Shown one piece after another: positions 39,301 to 45,828 of a stretch of 58,523 nt of DNA. The stretch lies in NCBI GenBank assembly GCA_016930295.1, contig JAFGHE010000043.1, positions 1 to 58,523 on the forward strand, in the 5' to 3' direction. The translations under genes and the position numbers were made by a program. Below the pieces are notes generated by a model, which was not told where the DNA came from, did not search any database, and saw only the letters and a list, made by a program, of their open reading frames with translations. Position 1 is the first letter of the stretch. Every line of letters starts with the position of its first letter. Source of the stretch: Sedimentisphaerales bacterium (GTDB lineage: Bacteria > Planctomycetota > Phycisphaerae > Sedimentisphaerales > SM23-30).

Positions 39301-42300
39301 AAATGCGACAGGCTTTGACTATATATTTACTAATGTCACGGCCGGACATACGATTACAGCCACCTTTGAAGCGGTTACATTTACAATCACACCGCTGATC
39401 AATACCGGGGGTACGACAAGTCCGTCCGATGCCATATCGGTAAACGCCGGAAATGATTTCACCTTTACCTTTACACCTGATACCGGGTATTATATTACCG
39501 AGGTTTTAATCGATGGGGTATCGCAGGGGCTTCTAAGCAGCTATACCTTCAATAATGTCAATTCCAATCATACGATTGAAGCCCGTTTTTCTAACATGCA
39601 TACTATCCGAACCATGCAGGATAATGGAGTCAGTATATCACCCGCCGGTATCATAAATGTAAGTGCCGGCTCCAGTGAAACATTTACTATCGAAGCAAAT
39701 CCGGGCTATCGCATCAGCGACGTTCTGGTTGATGGTCAGTCACAGGGACCTGTCTCCGGCTATACATTTGACAATATAAACGAAAATCATATTATCCGGG
39801 CTATATCTGCCGAGGCGAGCTATACGATTTCTGCCACTGCCGAGGTAGGTGGCAATATTGATCCTGCAGGTCAGGTTCCGGTTAATGCCGGCTATAATAT
39901 ACCTTTTACTATTACTCCAAATACAGGTTATGATATTGACAACGTATCGGTTGATGGAGTCTCACAGGGCGCTATATCCAGTTATACATTTAATAATGTC
40001 AACGAAAATCATACGATTACAGCCGACTTTACTATCAGGAAATATACTATTACCCCCCATAGCGACGGGAATGGAACCATCTATCCCAATAGCGCCGTTG
40101 AAGTAAATCACGGGGGCTCTCGGGCATTCACTATTGCTCCTAATACCGGCTATCGTGTTGACGACGTAAAGGTTGACGGCGTTTCTCAGGGAAGCATAAC
40201 CAGCTATACCTTCAATAATGTTACTGCCAATCACACCATTTCAGTAACATTTACCTTAAAAACCGTGACTATTATCGCCAGCGCCGGCAACGGGGGATCG
40301 ATTGATCCCAGCGGCTCGATAGAAGTACCGTACGGCTCCCCGTATACATTTACTATTAGTCCCGACACAGGACAATCGATTGTAAAAGTAGAGGTAAATG
40401 GTGTCTCGGTCGGTAATGTGTCAACCTATACGTTTGAGAATATTATCGAAAATCAGACCATTACCGCCTTCTTTGATAATAATACGTATACTATCTCTGC
40501 CCAGGCTGAGGTGGGAGGCAGTATCACCCCGGCCGGCTCTGTATTCGTTACCCACGGCGAAGATAAGACGTTTAATATTAATCCGGAAAACGGCTTTAAA
40601 ATCGCTAATGTCAGAGTAGACGGTACTGCTCAAGGCGCCGTTAGCAGTTACACGTTCAATGATGTCACGGCCAGTCATACCATCCTGGCATTGTTCACAC
40701 CGGACACCTATTCCATATCCGCCAGCGCCGGTGCCGGAGGATCGATTTCTCCTGAAGGGACAATCCAAAGCGAGAGCGGCTCTAACCGATCTTTCAGCAT
40801 AACACCGGATAATGGTTATCATATTGAGAATGTTGTCGTAGATGGTATTTCTCAGGGAACTCTGACGAGTTATACCTTTAATAACATTAATGAAAATCAT
40901 ACTATTACTGTCAGTTTTGCCAAAAATACCTATACTCTTACCTCAATTGCCAGCGATGGTGGTACGATCTCACCTTATCCCACGATCGTAGTGGATCATG
41001 GAGTAAATCAAACCTTTACCTTCGCAGCATACAACGGCTATCATATCTCGGATGTAAAAGTGAACGGTATCTCACACGGTACCATCACTACCGGCACGTA
41101 TACATTTTACAATATTACGAATAATCAAACTATCGAAGTCCATTTTGCCAAGAATGTTTACACTATTAACGCTAATGCCGGTGATGGTGGAATGATCAGT
41201 CCCAGCGGGACACTGGAAGTCCTGTATGATACCGATAAAGCCTTTACTATTACACCGGATTCTGATAGAAATATTCTGGATGTAAAGGTTGATGGCGTAT
41301 CCCAGGGAATTATCACCTCGTATACCTTCAGTAATATCTCTGAAGATCACACCATTACAGCTATATTTGAACTGCAAAGCTATATCATTGACGCTCACGC
41401 TTCCTCGGGCGGAACTATAACACCGGCCGGTTCCGTACCCGTCAGCCACGGTACCGATCAGTCATTCAATATTACTCCAAATACGGGACACCATATTACC
41501 GATGTTATTATTGACGGGAACTCCCAGGGAGCTATCAGTAGTTATACCTTCAACGACGTAACTATAGATCATACCATTGAAGCCGAATTTACTATTGATA
41601 CGTACACGATTACCGTCTCCAGCAATGATGGTGGTCACATTTCAGAGGAGGGTTCCATACAAGTGGAATACGGAGCCAGCCCGACGTATACCATTATCCC
41701 TGTTGACGGATACTTCATTAGTGATGTCTTAATCGATGGAGTCTCTCAGGGTGCTATAAACATCTATAGCTTTAGTAATATCAGTGATAATCACTCACTG
41801 GCGGCATCTTTTGCTGTGAATCAGTATACGATTAATGCCCAGGTGAATCCCTTGGGTGCCGGCTCTATTGATCCCAGCGGTGAGACTCTCGTCGATTACG
41901 GCCAGAGTCAAACATATACGATCTCTCCTGCGGCGGGGAGTATCCTCCTTGATGTTCAAATCGATGGTACTTCCGCGGGACCCGTTAGTCAATACACCTT
42001 CTCAAATGTGAAGGCGCCCCATGATATTGTTGCTATATTTACACAAAACACGTACAGTATTTCTGCAAATGCCGGGCAGGGAGGAACTATCTCTCCCAGC
42101 GGCGTTGTATCGGTCGTCCCCGGTGAAAGCCAGGTCTTTAATATCACAGCCGAACCCGGCAAACAGATTGTCGATGTCCTGGTTGACGGCGTTTCCGTGG
42201 GACCGGTTAACAGTCATAGTTTTAACCATGTCAACAGCAACCATACTATTTCAGTCTTTTTTACCAGTGATTCCTATAACATAACGGCCAATGCCTCTCC

Positions 42301-44479
42301 CGGAGGTAAAATTGCACCGGCCGGAGTGGTTCAGGTTGAATCGGGCTCACAGCGGATCTTTACCATAACACCCGATACCGGATATCAAATCAAACAGGTA
42401 TGGGTGGATACTACCGATCAGGGTAATGGCTCTACTTATACGTTTACTAATATCACTGCTAATCATACAATTTCGGTTATCTTTGAATCCATCCCGGTAG
42501 AACCCCAGGACCTGACCGCTCCGGAAATTGAAACTACCGTACCCAAACCGGATGCCATTCAGGTGCCGTTGAATTCTCTGCTGGTCGTGGACCTGACAGA
42601 CTCTGAATCCGGTATTGATCCTGCTACCGTCGTCATTTCTCTGGATGACAATGTTATTTATCAGGGAGACCTCCCTGAATGCTTGACCGAATGGGGTACC
42701 TGCCGACGGACTGGTAATAATAATAATTACACCTATACCTTCCAGGCACTTCAGTCGTTTAAATACGATCAAAAAATATCTTTGACTGTTACAGCCGCAG
42801 ACCTGGAATCCAACCAGATGACTCCATATACCTTTACCTTTACCACCGAGATGTACTCCTTTGGCTTCCCTCGAATAATAGACACCGGTAATATCGATCC
42901 GGACAGCGAGATCGTCAGCGTCCAGGACACCGAAGGTAACCTCTGGATCGCCTGGGCCGAGGGAGACGCAGGTCAAAGAGATATTTATATCACCAGAAAA
43001 TCCGCAGATACCGGATTATTCGATACACCCATCAATATAACCAATGATGCTGATACGGATCAGTGCTGCCCGGATATAGCTATGGACGCTCAGGGTACAT
43101 TACTCCTGACCTGGCAGTCGCAGGATAACAGCGAAGGTAACTGGGAAATTTATTTTGCCACTTCAACCGACGGAACCCATTGGTCTCAAACCCAGGTTGA
43201 TGTTGACAACCAGGACGCCAATCAAACCAATCCTGTTATAGTTGTGGACAACAACTCGCCGGCACAGGTTTATATTGCCTGGGAAGATGATCGCTCCGGA
43301 AACCAGGATATTTTCCTGGCATCATCGAACAATAATTTCCTCACGCAGACCATTATCCCGGTCACGAACAACTCTGCCGATCAAACCGATCCGGTCATGG
43401 CCGTTGATTCCGTCAATGGCGGCGTATATCTGGCCTGGACGGACACGCGTAATGGTAATCTGGATATCTATGGCGCCGCTTCCAGTGACCTGTGGCAAAA
43501 TATACCTCTGGTCACCAAGCCCGGCGACCAATTTGAGCCGGACCTGGCATACTCCCCGCTGGAGAACACCCTGCATATGGTCTGGGTGGATAATTCCAAT
43601 GGCAATAACGATATCTTCTATGGAACCGGCAGCGGCGGCCTGCCCGCCGCCCCTATCCAGGGAATCAATATCGTAGACGATAGCTCCGATGCCGACCAGA
43701 CAGCCCCGGCAATCGTTCTGGCCGGAACAGAAAACGACACCAGTGTCTTCGTGGCCTGGCAAGATGACAGAAATGTACCTTTTAGTGGGGATAGTGACAT
43801 CTATATGGTCAACCCCACTTCCGACACCAACACGAATATCCTGGTAACCAATGATCCCTCCCATAATAATCAGACGTGTCCGGTTATCGGAACCAATGAA
43901 GAAAATCAACCTTATCTCATCTGGATTGATGAACAAGATGGAACCGAAAATATTTCTTATACCGAAACGGCCGGCCGGGAAGGTACGCTTATCGCGTCCA
44001 ATAATATTACAGCTACCCAGGGGGGAATCGTCGGAGCCGAAACTATAACCGGTGTTGATGATGTTCGTGTGGAAGTACCCGCCGGAGCGTTCTGGACGGA
44101 TGTAACCCTGACTATTACAAAAGTGGATAATCCCCCAACATCACCCGCGTCGGCACTGGAATTCATCTCTTCTTATGAATTCGGACCCAGCAGCGAACAG
44201 GAATTCTCCAAACCGATTACAATCACTATACCTTATGAAGTGGATGAATCTGCTGATGGCACCTCTATTTACTGGTACGATCCTCAAACCGGAGATTTCA
44301 GTCAATACGGAATCTCTAATGTGGAGCATGTCGTGATAACTCCGACATTACATGCCATTCGCTTCCAAACCACCCACTTTACCCAATACCTGATTAGTAA
44401 AGAACCTCAAGTTAATACAAAAAAATCGCCACCTGGCTTAAACAAGGAGAAACCGCCAAAAAATCCCAAGGACCGATAA
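36380..44479 (+). CDS. Giant secreted multidomain repeat protein (2699 aa)
   Basis: Domain order along the protein:
- Signal peptide ('TILFLISLVISLLFTQQLL').
- ~455-aa N-terminal domain that I do not recognise.
- One InlB-B-repeat-like unit (37853..38059).
- LamG/concanavalin-like domain ('LVGHWPLDETTG', 'NALRFDGNNDAVQI', 'GLIDEVRIYNHVL').
- 17 tandem ~74-aa units.
- Ig-like domain.
- 7-blade propeller.
- C-terminal beta-rich domain with a Lys/Pro tail. Confidence 0.9.
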   Translation: MHPVQNKFPRQTTILFLISLVISLLFTQQLLSEVGSNYIEQFGITWTFNKNITTDGSGDTYQYGTFVNGDYWVVGPVVLIDISPNSTMQETYDRVINGSMINPDPLDQSSQGYDSEMYAWASTTTRNHPEWRSYSEAKNVARKNNAPINATNPLIIQQNSSLVSAISKTNPDRAILQTAAILTILESVPPDNSFRPSYSSTDKSIPHTLSDINYSALRTLTPTAHAMSFATAERHIERPWIDHIPDFRARYHHPEDNMEDYSRDFSQVAGDIALLLNLNYSNAQKQTLLIRFLQLGIDNYAVSLAGASLSGGQWPGREGQNMGRKLPIVFAGKVFNDTDMLNIGTWKQQGDPTFQEDVQFWVVSQSDVGRNLVGVNTSNPVEYTADLVGFPEWGSRHLGPDADISRDNADINASYRDICAVGLNAHALVALIMDFKEEWDNDTFFDYMDRWYGWTHGVGGTQVSTVFTREMWDQYRADYGPVWPDTTYSPPSLNITINGNGSVTKNPDQSEYNPGDNVTIEALPEQGYIFSSWSGDLFSNNNPVTLTMNSTMNITASFVAQTTDSLVGHWPLDETTGTVAADLSESNNHGILLNGAGFDGTPGIINNALRFDGNNDAVQISTVNWNLYRGTISLWAYADNLTGTLYLFGHTIGSWSNRLQLYMDDGHLGLGLGDSHTTATDIFNMVTHQWVHIALVWNGTNYIVYVNGTARANGTYTGLTSFESYADIGNNGNNTDRAQAFNGLIDEVRIYNHVLDNSEILALYEQGSSTTTYTISASAGQDGSISPSGTMSVTAGEDRTFTFTPDTGYHIENVVVDNDPQGAISSYTFNNINANHTISVTFAINTYSITTTADAGGIFFPNGDIVVDHGSNQPFTIILDDGYYITDVQVDGVSQGTISNYTFYNVTADHTISATFASASYTIAASAGNGGSIDPSGEINIAHGANQPFTIAAENGYYIEEVKVDNIPLDTVPQNATGFDYIFTNVTAGHTITATFEAVTFTITPLINTGGTTSPSDAISVNAGNDFTFTFTPDTGYYITEVLIDGVSQGLLSSYTFNNVNSNHTIEARFSNMHTIRTMQDNGVSISPAGIINVSAGSSETFTIEANPGYRISDVLVDGQSQGPVSGYTFDNINENHIIRAISAEASYTISATAEVGGNIDPAGQVPVNAGYNIPFTITPNTGYDIDNVSVDGVSQGAISSYTFNNVNENHTITADFTIRKYTITPHSDGNGTIYPNSAVEVNHGGSRAFTIAPNTGYRVDDVKVDGVSQGSITSYTFNNVTANHTISVTFTLKTVTIIASAGNGGSIDPSGSIEVPYGSPYTFTISPDTGQSIVKVEVNGVSVGNVSTYTFENIIENQTITAFFDNNTYTISAQAEVGGSITPAGSVFVTHGEDKTFNINPENGFKIANVRVDGTAQGAVSSYTFNDVTASHTILALFTPDTYSISASAGAGGSISPEGTIQSESGSNRSFSITPDNGYHIENVVVDGISQGTLTSYTFNNINENHTITVSFAKNTYTLTSIASDGGTISPYPTIVVDHGVNQTFTFAAYNGYHISDVKVNGISHGTITTGTYTFYNITNNQTIEVHFAKNVYTINANAGDGGMISPSGTLEVLYDTDKAFTITPDSDRNILDVKVDGVSQGIITSYTFSNISEDHTITAIFELQSYIIDAHASSGGTITPAGSVPVSHGTDQSFNITPNTGHHITDVIIDGNSQGAISSYTFNDVTIDHTIEAEFTIDTYTITVSSNDGGHISEEGSIQVEYGASPTYTIIPVDGYFISDVLIDGVSQGAINIYSFSNISDNHSLAASFAVNQYTINAQVNPLGAGSIDPSGETLVDYGQSQTYTISPAAGSILLDVQIDGTSAGPVSQYTFSNVKAPHDIVAIFTQNTYSISANAGQGGTISPSGVVSVVPGESQVFNITAEPGKQIVDVLVDGVSVGPVNSHSFNHVNSNHTISVFFTSDSYNITANASPGGKIAPAGVVQVESGSQRIFTITPDTGYQIKQVWVDTTDQGNGSTYTFTNITANHTISVIFESIPVEPQDLTAPEIETTVPKPDAIQVPLNSLLVVDLTDSESGIDPATVVISLDDNVIYQGDLPECLTEWGTCRRTGNNNNYTYTFQALQSFKYDQKISLTVTAADLESNQMTPYTFTFTTEMYSFGFPRIIDTGNIDPDSEIVSVQDTEGNLWIAWAEGDAGQRDIYITRKSADTGLFDTPINITNDADTDQCCPDIAMDAQGTLLLTWQSQDNSEGNWEIYFATSTDGTHWSQTQVDVDNQDANQTNPVIVVDNNSPAQVYIAWEDDRSGNQDIFLASSNNNFLTQTIIPVTNNSADQTDPVMAVDSVNGGVYLAWTDTRNGNLDIYGAASSDLWQNIPLVTKPGDQFEPDLAYSPLENTLHMVWVDNSNGNNDIFYGTGSGGLPAAPIQGINIVDDSSDADQTAPAIVLAGTENDTSVFVAWQDDRNVPFSGDSDIYMVNPTSDTNTNILVTNDPSHNNQTCPVIGTNEENQPYLIWIDEQDGTENISYTETAGREGTLIASNNITATQGGIVGAETITGVDDVRVEVPAGAFWTDVTLTITKVDNPPTSPASALEFISSYEFGPSSEQEFSKPITITIPYEVDESADGTSIYWYDPQTGDFSQYGISNVEHVVITPTLHAIRFQTTHFTQYLISKEPQVNTKKSPPGLNKEKPPKNPKDR
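38069..38683 (+). other. LamG / concanavalin-A-like lectin domain of the giant protein
   Basis: 'DSLVGHWPLDETTGTVAADLSESNNHGIL', 'ALRFDGNNDAVQI', 'WVHIALVWNGTNYIVYVNG' and 'FNGLIDEVRIYNHVLDNSEI' form the classic Laminin_G_3-type pattern. Confidence 0.8.
38696..42496 (+). repeat. 17 in-frame tandem units (~222-234 nt, ~74-78 aa) of an InlB-B-repeat-like beta domain
   Basis: Each unit follows the pattern 'Y[TS]I.A.A..GG.I.P.G...V..G....F.I.P..GY.I.DV.VDGVSQG...SYTF.N[VI]...HTI...F'. I delimited 17 units by eye from aa 773 to 2039. The DNA copies are diverged, except for a 30-nt identity between units 1 and 10. Confidence 0.85.
42497..42850 (+). other. Ig-like (SbsA/Big-like) domain of the giant protein
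   Basis: The opening 'DLTAPEIETTVPKPDAIQVPLNSLLVVDLTDSESGIDPATVVISLDDN' followed by beta-strand periodicity is typical of bacterial Ig-like surface domains. Confidence 0.5.
42851..43966 (+). repeat. Seven propeller-like sequence repeats in the giant protein
   Basis: Seven repeats of ~50 aa each end in W-x-[DEQ]-x-x-x-G-N-x-[DE]-I-[YF]:
- 'LWIAWAEGDAGQRDIYI'
- 'LLTWQSQDNSEGNWEIYF'
- 'VYIAWEDDRSGNQDIFL'
- 'VYLAWTDTRNGNLDIYG'
- 'LHMVWVDNSNGNNDIFY'
- 'VFVAWQDDRNVPFSGDSDIYM'
- 'PYLIWIDEQDGTENISY'. Confidence 0.65.
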
Positions 44480-44917
44480 ACTTATTGGGTAGCTTCAAAG
44501 GAACGGGGCCCGTAAAGAATATTAAAGCACTGAAGTTGTAACAAAAAAATGGTCAATCATATCATATATGACTGACATATAATTACTTATTTAAATCGAT
44601 AACGATGAAATCATCCGAAAAGGCCTCGTAGGGACTATATGGTTTTTAAGATTGTTTTTATCTTCCAATCTCTCGTCCTTCAACTTAAACAAACAATACT
44701 GATAAGAAACTTTTTATCGGTCGCTACTGTAAAAATACCGGTTTTATCTCTGGTAATATAAGAAAACAACGGTATTCAATGCAACATTAACCTAAGTTCC
44801 ATAGATATAGTAATTAAACTATTCGACAACCCATGGAATCCCTCTCAAGTCGGCTTTAACACAAGGCGATAATTTTCATATAGATATGTTATATCCAGAC
44901 GAATCGGAGTCATTATA

Positions 44918-45823
44918 TTGGATAAACGAAAATTATTATTAGCCGGCAACTTGTCTTTGATTTTGATAGCCATCCTGGTGACTGTTAAAATCCTTGTTCT
45001 CATTTCTACAGATAATTATACGGACTTCCCCTTATCCGCTCAGGCCGATAGTTCTCCCCCTGATTCCGGCCCTGTCAATGTCTCCTCTGATAATAAAGAT
45101 TATACGGACATCCTCAAAAAAAATAATATATTCGACCATTCTTACGGCCCTGGTGGAAGTGATGGAGATCTCTATCCGGAGTATCTTAACAACGAAAACG
45201 CCTCTTCGCCTGCCTGGTCCGAACTTGAAATAGAATTACAGGGAACCATTGCCGGCCCGACAACGATTGCACGCGCCATTATCAAAGACCTGGCCACCGA
45301 TACGACGAATACCTATAAAATCAATGATCCGGTCAAATTCGCTCGATTGGCCGAGATTAATAAAACCTCCGTATGTCTTACCATGAACGGATACCGTCAT
45401 ATCTTAAGACTAAACAGCAAGGGACAGGATACCTCAAAAAATCAAGTGCCGGCACCATCTTCCCCAACCCGAAATAATCAAAACAGTTCTCCAGAAAATA
45501 TCGCTCCCGTCGATAACGCGGTAAAATTATTCGATACCATTCTCAGTCGGGCTGAAGTTATCACTGCCAATAGTGAACAGGAACCCGAGGGTTTGCGCCT
45601 TGCCAACCTGGAAGAACTCGGTATATCTCCGCTTACAGGCTTGAAAAATGGAGACATCATACAGGTAGTAAACGGCCAGAAACTGACCTCCAGGCAGAAA
45701 GCGTATCAGGTTTTCCAAAAAGCAAAAACACAGCCCCGCCTGGAAATCGAAGTATTGAGAAATAATAATATAATAACTATAACCTTATCCCAAAACGTAA
45801 TTGCTGATAATTATTCTGAATAG
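44918..45823 (+). CDS. gspC: Type II secretion system protein C-like (TM + HR-like domain + PDZ)
   Basis: It has an N-terminal TM 'LLLAGNLSLILIAILVTVKILVLI' and an HR-like block 'LELQGTIAGPTTIARAIIKD..YKINDPV..ARLAEINKTSVCLTMNGYRHILRL'. The C-terminal PDZ is 'GLRLANLEELGISPLTGLKNGDIIQVVNGQKL'. It uses a TTG start with GGAG 8 nt upstream. Confidence 0.75.
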   Translation: MDKRKLLLAGNLSLILIAILVTVKILVLISTDNYTDFPLSAQADSSPPDSGPVNVSSDNKDYTDILKKNNIFDHSYGPGGSDGDLYPEYLNNENASSPAWSELEIELQGTIAGPTTIARAIIKDLATDTTNTYKINDPVKFARLAEINKTSVCLTMNGYRHILRLNSKGQDTSKNQVPAPSSPTRNNQNSSPENIAPVDNAVKLFDTILSRAEVITANSEQEPEGLRLANLEELGISPLTGLKNGDIIQVVNGQKLTSRQKAYQVFQKAKTQPRLEIEVLRNNNIITITLSQNVIADNYSE

Positions 45824-45828
45824 CCAAA

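Noticed and set aside
38696-42496. Regular ~222-nt periodic repeats that could be mistaken for a CRISPR array or satellite DNA
   Set aside because: The units are in-frame parts of one 8.1-kb ORF. They are diverged from each other, have no repeat/spacer alternation, and encode a consistent beta-domain pattern.
40421-43936. Long antisense and alternative-frame ORFs inside the giant gene (e.g. 40421..40900 -, 42347..42976 -, 43322..43936 -, 43242..43676 +)
   Set aside because: They lie opposite or out of frame to a continuous ORF with clear domain structure. Their translations are low-complexity (G/I/R/D-rich) with no motifs or ribosome-binding sites, which is typical of shadow ORFs in repetitive coding DNA.
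44480-44917. Possible terminator hairpins after the giant gene (ACGGG-G-CCCGT near 44506; TCATAT-cat-ATATGA near 44560)
   Set aside because: The stems are only 4-6 bp, with loops too short or AT-only pairing, and no U-tract follows. The sequence alone does not show whether the giant gene and the gsp operon are co-transcribed.
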